Source: the human T2T-CHM13v2.0 reference genome, Homo sapiens
DNA length: 64,000 nucleotides
Assembly: GCF_009914755.1 (NCBI RefSeq)
Contig: NC_060931.1
Direction: 5' to 3' (one strand)
A model generated the notes under the pieces. It searched no databases. It was not told where the DNA came from and saw only the letters and a list, made by a program, of their open reading frames with translations. Shown here in pieces: positions 53,454 through 64,000 of this stretch. Both the position numbers and the translations under genes were made by a program. Every line of letters starts with the position of its first letter. The stretch's first letter is position 1.

Positions 53454-54885
53454 ATGGTGGCACATGCCTGCAGTCCCAGCTACTAAGGATGCTGAGGAGA
53501 GGATAGATTGAGTCTGGGAGTTTGAGAGTTCGAACAGGAACAACCTCATGAAAAGTTGGACTAAACATTTAAGTAGGTATGGCAGGAAACTACATACAAA
53601 TGACAAATAAGTATATAAAAAGGCACAACATTTTTGTTAAAGAAATGCCAATTAAAACCACAATTAAATACTATTGCATATTTACTAGAATCATGGAAAT
53701 TTATAAGACTTACAATGCAACATTTTGGTGAGGGTTGGTAGCGACTGAAGCTGTCATATGTTTCTGTTGGAAACCTAAATGGCACAATCACTTTGGAAAA
53801 CAGTTTGACAGAATTTATATAGTTAAACATTGACAGAACACTTCCACTTCTAGGTATTTACTCAAGAGAAATAAAAAACAAACATAAAAATTGATTAAAT
53901 AAAAGCAGGTAATCCTAAAAAAATTAACAAATTCAGTGATATATATTAAGAAAAGAACAAATTAATTCCAGATATTTCACAACTAAATGTGAATGGTAAA
54001 TCAGTGGAGCTTTTAAATAAAAAAAAAAGACAATACCTCATGAACTTGGAGTAGAAACACATACACGAGAAAGAAACTGTAAGGGAAAACTTTTATTATG
54101 GGATTATTTGAAGGTTGTAATATTATTAAAAATGAAAAAGAAACACTATTTGTGCCAGTGTATGTGTAGGGATATTCTCATATGTATATCTTAATAAGAC
54201 TTTTATTCAGAATAATTTCTATAAGCAGCTTGTAAATCAATAAGAAAGACAATCTTATAATAAGTGGGGTAAGGATACAGAACTTGAACTCTCATATAGT
54301 GTTGATGACAGTACTGAAATGTACACACACATATATGTACATATTTGCATGCAAATGAAATATATAGCTACACTTTGCAAATACATAATAGAAAAATACA
54401 CATCTATCAAACAAAAGATGTGTACAAAAATATTCATAGCACTGTATTTATAATAACCCAAATCTGGAAACTACACACAATCCCATCAAGAGTAGTGTGG
54501 ATAGACAAATTGTTAACATATGCAAAAAACTGAAATAAGAGACTACCATAATAAGAAAGAAAAATCACAACTATATTCCCAAATACAAATATATCTGATA
54601 AATATAATATTGAGTGAAGTGACCCAGAGACAAAGTATTGCAGGTTGAGCTTTTTCATATTCATAAATTTCAAAAGCAGGCAAGCCAGTTTGTGATTTTA
54701 GAATTGAGGATAGCAAGTATTTGGGGGAGGTGGCTAGATGGGGGAAGAGAGAGGCTTTTGAGAATCTTCCAAGGTTCTGTTTCTTGATCTGGGTGTTACA
54801 CAGGTGTCGTACGTTGCAAAAACTCATTAAGCAATATGTGTATTGTTCTATCTCTATGCTATATTTCAATAATTTAAAAAACAGA
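53050..54885 (+). mobile_element. Old L1ME-type ORF2 3'/3'UTR fragments (at least two pieces)
   Basis: ggcacaatcactttggaaaacagtttg, ccacttctaggtatttactcaagagaaat, tattcatagcactgtattt and ttctgtttcttgatctgggtg. Confidence 0.7.
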
Positions 54886-55063
54886 ATAAATGCTAGAATT
54901 AATTGAAAAATATAAACACATATGTAAATCTATGAAGTCATCATTATTTAAAAATAGGAGAAAGTCAACATAATCAGACTAACCATGTATTTTCACCATT
55001 TGATGTGACTATTGTGCCACATTTTTACACAGAATAATGTTAACTGAAAGAAGTAACTGAAAA

Positions 55064-55377
55064 GTCCCATGCCTATAATCTCAGCATTTTGGAAGGCTGG
55101 CCATCACTTGAGCCCAGGAGTTTGAGACCAACATGGGTAACATAGTGAGACCCTACCTCTACAAAAGATTGAAAATAAAAAAAAAACAGCAAAGTGTGGT
55201 AGTGTACCCCTGTAGTCCCAGCTACTTGGGAGGCTGAGGTGAGGTGAGAGGATTGCTTGAACTCAGAAAATCGAGGCTGCAGTGAGCTGTGATTGCACCA
55301 CTGCACTATAGCCTGGGTGACAGAGCAAGACCCTGTCACACTCACACATAAAAAAAAAAGAAAGAAACAAAAAAAAA
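55064..55377 (+). mobile_element. AluJ, slightly 5'-truncated
   Basis: catgcctataatctcagc...cacttgagcccaggagtttgag...gaggctgcagtgagctgtgattg...A-tail. Confidence 0.92.
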
Positions 55378-55512
55378 TTAATTATTCATTTCTAGAAAAC
55401 ACTATATTTTTCAGTAATCATATAACTTAATGTTGCAAAGCTCTTCTTTATGGAAGAACGTTGTCTAATAAATGTGAGGGAAAGATAGATTTAGAAAATC
55501 ACCATTTCTAAA

Positions 55513-58500
55513 TAATTTCAACTTTTATTTTAGATTCAAGTGGTACATGTGCATGTTTGTTACATTGATATATTGTATGACGCTGGGGTTCTGGGGGGTA
55601 TAGATCCTGTCACCCAGATGGTGAGAACAGTACCCAATAGGTAATTTTGCAACCTATGGTCCGCTTCCTCCCTTCCCTCTCTAGTAATCTGCAGTGTCTA
55701 TTTTCCCATCTTTATGTACATGTGTACTCAGTGTTTAGCTCCCACTTGTAAGTAAGAGAATGAGATATTTGGTTTTCTGTTCCTGTGTTAATTCCTTTAG
55801 GATTATGGCTTCCGGCTGCATCCATGTTGCTGCAAAGGACATGATTTCATTCTTTTTTTATGCTGCATAGTATTCCATGATGTATAGTTAGCACATTTTT
55901 TAATCCAGTCTACCATTGATGGGCACCTGGGTTGATTCCTTCTCTTGTCTATTGTGAATAGCTCATTGATGAACATGAGGGCATGCATCTTTTCGGTTGA
56001 ATGAGTTATTTTATTTTCGGTATATACCCAGTAATAGGATTGCTGGGTCAAATGGTAACTCTGTTTTAAGTTCTCTGAGAAATCTCCAAAGTGCTTTCCA
56101 CAGTTGCTGAACTAATTTATATTTACACCAACAGCATATAAGCATTCCTTTTCTCCATAGTCTCACCAGCATCTATTATTTTTTGACTTTTTAATAATAG
56201 CTATTCTGTCTCATGTGAGATGGTATCTCATGGTGGTTTTGACTTGCATTTCTCTGATAATTAATGATTGTGAGCATTTTTTCATATGTTTGTTGTCTTT
56301 TTGTGTTTATGCGTTCTTTTGAGAAGTGTCTGTTCATGTCCTTTGTCCACTTTTTAATGGGGTTATTTGTTTTTTGTTTGTTGGTTTAAGTTCCTTATAG
56401 ATTCTAGATATTAGACTTTTGTTGGATGTATAGCTTCTGAATATATTCTCTCATTATATAGGTTTTATATTTACTCTTGAAAAATTTCTTTTGCTGTGCA
56501 GAAGCTCTCTAGTTTAATGAGGTCCCACTTGTGAATTTTTGTTTTTGTTCCAATTGCTTTTGGGGACTTTGCTAAAATTCTTCACCAAGGCTGATGGTGA
56601 GAAGGGTATTCTCAGTTTTCTTCCAGGATTTTTATACATTGAGGTCTACTATTTAAATCTTTAATTGATTTTGAGTTAATTTTTGTATATGATGAAAGGT
56701 AGGGTTCCAGTTTCATTCTTCTATGTATGGCTAACCAGCTATCCCTTTGCCATTTATTGAGTAGAGAGTCCTTTCTTTGTTGTTTGTTTTTGTCAGCTTT
56801 GCAAAAGATTAGATGGTCATAGGTGTGTGGCTTTATTCCTGGGCTCTTTATTCTGTTTCCTTGGTCTATGTGTCTGTTTTTGTACCAGTACCATGCTGTT
56901 TTGGTTACTGTAGCATTATAGTATAGTTTGAGGTCAACAGTGTGATGTCTCTGGCTTTGTTCTTTTTACTTAGGATTGCTTTGGTTATTTGAGCACGTTT
57001 TTGGTTTTATATGAAATTTAGAATTTTTTTTTCCTAATTCTTTGAAAATTGACATTCGTAGTATGATAGGAATAGTGTTGAGTCTGTAAATTACTTTGGA
57101 CAGTATGGCCATTTTAATAATATTGATTCTTCTAATCAATGAGAATGGAATATTTTTCCACTTGTTTGTGTCATCTTTGATTTATTTCATCAGAGTTTTT
57201 AAGTTCTCTTTGTAGAGATCTTTCACTTCTTTGATTAGATGTATCCCTAGGTATTTCATTTGTTGTGTGAATATTGTAAATGGGATTATATTCCTAAATT
57301 TACTCTCAGCTTGAACTTTATAGGTGTATGAAAATGCTACTGTTTTGTACCTTTATTTTATATCCTAAAATTTTACTGAAGTCTTTTATCAGCTCTGGGA
57401 ACCTTTTGGTGGAGTCTTTAGGGTTTTGTAGGATATAATTATGTCATCAATGAAGAGCAAAAGTTTGATCTGTTGTTTTCCTATTTGGATGCCTTTTATT
57501 TGTTTCTCTTGCCTGATTGCTCTGGCTAGGACATCCAGCACCATGTTGAAGAGGAGTGGTGAGAATAATCATTCCTGTCTGGTTCCAGTTCTCAAGAAGA
57601 ATTGTTTCAGCTTTTACTAATTCAGTATGATGTTAACTGTTAGTTTGTCCTAGATTGTTCTTACTATTTTAAGACATGATCCTTCAATGCCTAGTCTGTT
57701 GAGGGTTTCTATCATGAAGGCATGGTGGATTTTATCAAAAGCTTTTTCTGCATCTATCGACATGACCATATGGGTTTTGCTTTTAATTCTGTTTATATGG
57801 TGAATCACATTTGTTGATTTGCATCTGTTGAGCCAGGCTTGCATGCCAGGAATAAAGCCTACTTGATTGTGGTGTATTAACTTTTTGATGTGCTGATGGA
57901 TTCAATCTAGTAGTATTTTGTTGAAGACTTTTGCATCTATGTTCATCAGGGGTATTGGCTTGAAATTTTATTTTGTTTTTTTGTTCTGTCTCAGCCAGAT
58001 TTTTGTATCAGGCTGATGCTATTTTCATAGAATGTGTTAAGGAAAACCCCTTCCTTTTCCAATATTTTGGGATAGTTTCAGTAGGATTGGTACCAGTTCT
58101 TCTTTGTACATCTGATAGAATTTGGCTGAGAATCCATCTGATCTAGGGCTGTCTTTGGTTGGTAGTTTTTAAATTAGTGATTCAATGTCAGAACTTGTTA
58201 TTAGTCTGTTAAAGGTTTCAATTTCTTCTTGGTTCAACCTTGCAAGGTTGTGAGTTTCCAGGAATTTATTAAATTCCTCTGGATTTTCTAATTTGTGTGC
58301 ATGAGCTGTTCATAATGGTCTCTGAGGATCTTTGGTATTTTTTTTGAAATTGGTTGCAACTTTATCTTTGTCATTTTTGATTGTACTTCCTTGGACCTTC
58401 TCTTTTTTTTGCTTGTTCATGTAGCTAAGCAATCTATCATCCTGTTAATTCTCTTGAAGAACCAACTATTGATTTTATTGATATTTGTATGGATATTTGC

Positions 58501-58735
58501 ATCACAATTTTGTTCAGTTCTTTTCTAATTTTAGTTATCTTTTCTTCTGTTAGCTTTTGAGTTGATTTGTTCTTTTTTTCTAGTACTGTTAGGTGCAATG
58601 TTAGATTGTTAATTTAAGATCTCTTAAACTTCTTGATGAAGACATTTAGCACTATAAAATTCCCCTTAGCATTGCCTTAGCTGCATTCCTGAGATTTTGA
58701 TGAGTTGTATCCCTGTTTTCATTAATTAAAAAAAA
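55513..58735 (-). mobile_element. 5'-truncated L1PA15/16-like element (~3.2 kb)
   Basis: 3'UTR ttttagattcaagtggtacatgtgc; ORF2 remnant 57650-57844 ([13 protein letters not shown]). TSD tagaaaatcacYatttYtaaa at 55492-55512 and 58736-58756. Confidence 0.93.
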
Positions 58736-59390
58736 TAGAAAATCACTATTTTTAAAATTACAGTACAAATTTATGAAGAAAATATATGAAATATATGTTC
58801 TCAGGACATACACAAAAATCACATCATTCAATATTTTGACTGTTAAGGGAAAGAAGTAGAACTTTGCAACAGATGAATAAAACCATCCCCAACCTCATTT
58901 GGTGATTAACTTTAGCTTCCTATGAATGCCACAACAAAACATTGCACACCTTTCACCTATAAGGTATTCTTGCCAGCATTGTTTCACTTCAGTCAAAAAA
59001 AGGCTTTAAATCAAACCTCCATTTTATGAGAAATACAGAGTGAGAAGATAATTAAGTGTGTCAATTTGGGAATTTGAATACAAAATGTTTATTCAATTAG
59101 GTTGATAAATTATTGCTTTCACATTGTCATAATTGTTAACTTTGTTAGATGTAATAGGGTATTACGGTTAAGTCCTAAAATGTCCATATTTATTTAGAGA
59201 AACATAATAAAGTACCTTACTGAGAAAATTCATAATGTCAATAATTTAAATATTTTATCATAAATAAAAGATATAAATATGAAAAAATGTGAACAATTAT
59301 TAATCCAGTTAATGGGCATGTAGGTGTACATTATATTATTTCTCTGTATAATGTGGAGTATTATTTCTAGAATTTAAAACATTCAAAATT
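58736..59390 (+). mobile_element. Old L1MC-type 3' region, continuing from ~54.9-55.5 kb across the L1PA insertion
   Basis: aatgttaactttgttagatgtaatagggtatt-like and gggcatgtaggtgtacattatattatt L1MC/ME 3'UTR motifs. Confidence 0.5.
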
Positions 59391-60927
59391 TAATATTTTT
59401 ATATATGTATATATGTACATATATACACACATACATATACATAATAGTAAATTATAGATTTCTTATGTTCTTTCTAATATTTTAGAGCTTTTATAGAGTT
59501 CACTTTGATTTTATTGTGGTGAGATGTACATACAAAGATTTTTTTCAACAATTCATTATTTATATTTGAATGTATAACACTGAGGTAATTTTGAAATTAA
59601 ATGACATTACTGATTATTTTTCAAAAACATTGTCCATAGTGAAAAAAGCCCCATGGCCATCAATAATGTTATATTTTATTTACAGTTCTGTGACTTCTAT
59701 CTCATGTAAGCATACTTGATATTTCACAAAGCAACCAAACTTGTGAAAACTGACACTTTTCTGTCAGTCTTTCTCATTTGTTTCTATAAATGTGTGACAG
59801 GCCAATTCTATCCTCAATGAGTGACTTGAGTAATTTATTTTAAAAATTAGTAAATCATATATTGGTACAGATAAATTTTAATGTTTTGTAATTGCAGATT
59901 GCTTTACTGTTTGTTTATTTTTTAACATATTGGTGGGGGAGTGAACCTGCCTATCATTTTTTTATTTATATCACCAAGACTGACAGATAATAACTTAATC
60001 TCTAATATTATCATGCCAAAATGAATTTTACCAGATAATACTTTATTTTATTTTGTTTTATGTTAAATATTAAGATAATTAGTTTGCACTTTACTGTTAA
60101 GTATAGGTTCAAATGGAAAACATCTTTCTTTCGGTGATCTATTGTTTGTGACTTTCTGAGAGTTTCTACATTCATAATTCAGGGAGTTTGACACCATGAC
60201 TCTCTGGCTGAATAAAGAAGGTAGCATACACACCAAAAACACTGAGTTAGAAGTAAAAACTCAGAGAGAAGAGAAAGCAACTTATAGTTATGTTTGCTAA
60301 GGTTGGAAATTTTCCTCGACAGTAGGCTTCTTATTCTAGCATTAAAATCTAGCCAAATTCACGGTGTTAGTCATATCTTGGATTTATTTCTAAATTTGGT
60401 GTCTAGGAAAAATAGTGTGCAAAATGTATTTTTTGTTTTGCATCATTTACTGCATATTTAGTGGGAGAGGATACAGTATTTTTCTTCGTATATATTTCAA
60501 TGTGTTTGTGCTTTTATCTTCTATTACTCATTATCTTTCACTGTTTTAGAAGAAAGCTAACTAAAAGAAAAAAATTCTATCTGCTACATTAACTTCCATT
60601 GATTCAGTGGTAGCTACAGCCAAGACTGTTAAAGTGAATAGGTAATTATCCCATTGTGAGTTTCTCTAAAATAAATGCCTGCACATATATAATAGGCTGA
60701 TTGGCCCATGAGGCTGACGTTTATGTTTTCAAATATCTTAGAAATGCTTAGTTATCTGATTCTTTATTCAATATAGAGTATTTTGCAGTGTTTAACTTAC
60801 AAAAGTTAGTAGTTTGCTTTTTATTCTACTTTATATAAATATTTTTGTATTAAAGAAGTATTAATTTCACAAAGAAAATCTAGTGGTTAACTATAGAGGC
60901 GATATACAAGAGAGGATAGAAGTAGCA

Positions 60928-61107
60928 AGCATCTACTGAGTACCTGCCTTGTATGTACTGTAATATGTTGTTTAAGGATATTATCAGTAGGAAAACCTTG
61001 TAAGGTAAGAAAAATCAGTACCTACGTGTAGCAAGTAAGCAGATAGAGACCAAAGGCAGTTGAATTTGTATCACACAACCAGGACTCAAACTTTATTATT
61101 CTGATTC
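60928..61107 (-). mobile_element. MIR fragment
   Basis: catctactgagtacctgcc...aaccttgtaaggta...ccaggactcaaac...ctgattc. Confidence 0.5.
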
Positions 61108-61284
61108 TTCTTCTACTTATAAATAGTAAATATTAGTGAATAGTCAAATGATGTAAACATTAGGAGGTAAACACACTATCTTTTAGTTAAGTTTAGCATT
61201 TATTGAATACCATCTTTTTGTCAGTCATTTTGCATCCTAGGTACTTAAGAAAAGATATCCACTCCTTACCTAGAGATAGATGGC

Positions 61285-63679
61285 TGATATGATTTGGCTC
61301 TGTGTCCCAACCCAAATCTCATGTTGGGTCGTGATCCTTAGTGTTGAAGGGTGGGGCCTGGCAGGAGGTAATTGAATAATTGGGGCAGGCTTTCCTTTTG
61401 CTCTACTCGTGGTAGACTTCTCACAAAATCTGGCTGTTTGAACATGTGTAGCACCTCCCCCATTCTCTCTCTCTCTTTTGACAGCCGTGCAAATACATGC
61501 CTGCTTCCCCGTCACCATCATCTTAACATCTGGCATGATGTTAAGTTTTCTGAGGCCTCCCCAGAAGCAAAACCTATACAGCCTGAGGAACTGTGTTTCA
61601 ATTGAACCTGTTTTCTTTATGAATTACCCAGTCTCAGGTATGTCTTTATAGCAGTGTGTGAATAAACTAATACAGAAAATTTGTACCAGAAAAGTGGAGC
61701 ATTGTTATAAAGACACCTGAAAATGTGGAGGCGAATTTGAACTGGATAATGGGAAGAGGTTGGAACAATCTGAAGGGCTCAGAAAAAGACAGGAAGATGA
61801 GGGAAAGCTTGGAACTTCCTAGATACTTGTTAAATTGTTGTGATCAAAATGCTGATAGTGATATGGACAGTGAAGTCCAGGCTGAGGAAGTCTCAGATAC
61901 AGATGAGAAACATTGAGAACTAGAGTAAAGGCTAGTCTTGCTATGCTTTAACAAAGGGACAGGTGGCATTCTGCCCCTGCTCTAAAGATCTGTGGAAATT
62001 TGAACTTGAGAGAGATGATTTAGGGTATCTAGTGGAAGAAATATCCAAGCAGCAAAGTGGTCAAGATGCAGCCTGGCTACTTCTAAAAGTCTAAGCTCAT
62101 CTGGAAAAACAAAGAAATGACCTGAACCTGCAACTTATACTTAAAAGGGAAATAGAGCATAAAAGTTTAGAAAATTAGCAATTTGCAGCCCAGCCATGTG
62201 GTAGAAACGGCAGACCCATTTTGGGGGAAGAAATTCAAGCTGGCTGCAGAAATTTGCACAAGTAAAAAGGAGCTGAATGTTAATAGCCAAGACAACGGAC
62301 AAAATGCCTCAAGGCATTTCAAAGACCTTTGCAGCAGCCCTTCTCATCAAGACCTGGAGGCCTAGGAGGAAAAATTGGTTTCATGGGTCAGGCCTAGAGC
62401 CTAGCTGCTCTATACAGCCATGGGACATGGCACCCTGCATCACGGCTGCTCCAGCTCCAGCCGAAGCTAAAAGGGGTTAAGATACAGCTTAGGCCATTGG
62501 TTCCAAGGGTGAAAGTCCTATGACTTGGTGGCTTCCATGTGGTGTTGGGCCTGACGCTGTGCAGAGGACAAGAGTTGATGCTTCAGAGCCTCCATCTAGA
62601 TTTCAGAGGGTGTATGAGAACACCTGGATGTCTGCTGCAGCTATGGAGACATCATGGAGACCCTCTACTAGGGCAGTGCAAAGGGGAAATGTGGAGTTTG
62701 AGCCCCCACATAGAGTACTCACTGGGGCACTCCCTAGTGGGGCTGTGAGAAGTGGGTTACTATCCTTCAGCTCTTAGAATGGTAGATTCACCAACAGCTT
62801 GCACTGTGAGCCTGGAAAAGCTGCAGGAACTCAATACCAGCCTGTGAAAGCAGCTGTGGGGGCTGTACCCTGCAGAACCACAGGGGTAGAGCTGCCCAAG
62901 GCCTTGGGGGCCCACCGCTTGAATCAGCATACCCTGGATGTGAGACATGGAGTCAAAGGAGATTAGTTTGAAGCTTTAAGATTTAATGACTGCCCTGCTG
63001 GGTTTCAGACTTGCATGGGGCCTGTAGCCCCTTCTTTTTGGACAATTTATGCCTTTTAAAATGGGAACATTTACCTAATGCATGTGCCTCATTGTATCTG
63101 GGAAGTGACTAACTTGTTTTTTATTTTACAGGATCATAGACAGAAGTGTCTTGCCTTGTCTCAGATGAGACTTTGGACTGTGGACTTTTGAGTTAATGCT
63201 GGAATAAGTTAAGACTTTTGGGACTGGTGGGAAGGAATGATTGTGTTTTGAAATATGAAAATGACACAAGATTTGGGAGGGGCCAGGGGCAGAATGATAT
63301 GGCTTGTTTCTGTGTCCCCACCTAAATCTCATGTTGAATCGTATTCACCAGTGTTGGAGATGGGATCTGGCAGGAGGTCATTGAATCATGAGACAAACTT
63401 CCCCTTTGCTGTTCTTATGGTATACTTCTCATGAGATCTAGTTATTTGAAAGTGCACAGCACCTCCCCCTTCACTCTCTCTCTGTCTCTCTCCTGCCAGG
63501 CATGTGAAGATTTACCTGCTTTCCCTTCACCTTCTGGCATAATTGCAAGTTTCCTGAGGCCTCCCCAGAAGCAGAGCCCTGTACAACCCGTGGAACTGTG
63601 AATCAATTAAACCTCTTTTCTTTATGAATTACTCAGTCCTAGGTATGTCTTTATAGCAGTGTGAGAACAGACTAATGCA
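61285..63679 (+). mobile_element. Complete MaLR provirus (MSTA-like): 5' LTR 61285-61674, internal 61675-63294, 3' LTR 63295-63679
   Basis: Both LTRs have TG...CA ends. Perfect 5-bp TSD atggc at 61280-61284 and 63680-63684. PPT gggaggggccaggggcagaa at 63275-63294. Decayed MaLR internal ORF (61725-61916 GRGWNNLKGSEKDRKMRESLELPR). Confidence 0.95.
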
Positions 63680-63797
63680 ATGGCTTACACTACAGTACAG
63701 TGAAAATTAAATAAACAAATAATTATAATAAAACTCAGGCCATAGTAGAAGTAAGTTGAACGCCTAGAGAGAGAAGGCTGTAAATATATTTGTCTAA

Positions 63798-64000
63798 TAA
63801 TATGATTTGGCTCTGCCCCCACCCAAATCTCATCTTGAATTATAGCTCCCATAATACCCACATGTTGTGGTAGGGACCCAGTGGCAGGTAATTGAATCAT
63901 GTGTGTTTTTCCTGTGCTGTTCTCGTGATAGTTAATAAATCTCATAATATCTGATGGTTTTATAAAGGGTAGTTCCCCTGCACACTCTTTTGCCTGAAAC
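63798..64000 (+). mobile_element. THE1 LTR (THE1B/C-like), running off the window end
   Basis: atatgatttggctctg...cccaaatctcatcttgaattatagctcccataat...ggtaattgaatcat...tctgatggttttataaaggg. Confidence 0.9.

Overview
64 kb of AT-rich primate, most likely human, genomic DNA (AluY/AluSp/AluJ, L1PA and THE1/MST elements). It reads as intergenic or deep intronic sequence. I recognise no protein-coding exon, RNA gene or CpG island. Every recognisable ORF in the track is an L1, L2, MaLR or Alu remnant, and the rest look like chance ORFs. More than half the window is transposon-derived: a near full-length old L1MB (~1.9-8.1 kb), a full-length decayed L1PA13-15 (~9.6-15.8 kb), several truncated L1PA/L1M copies, about nine Alu pieces, L2/MIR relics, MaLR LTRs, DNA-transposon relics (MER20, MER44A, MER58A, MER47B) and a complete MSTA provirus with a perfect 5-bp TSD. 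The most unusual signals are structural. (1) A 96-bp unique sequence is copied with 100% identity 2,238 bp downstream into the core of a MIR. (2) An inverted local duplication is 97% identical over its inner 79 bp but only ~75% identical over its Alu part. (3) A 5'-inverted L1 has an estimated ~1.8-kb gap. There are also a few candidate cis-regulatory motif clusters. I find no evidence of a new gene system. Subfamily names come from recalled consensus sequences, not a search, and boundaries of old elements are approximate.
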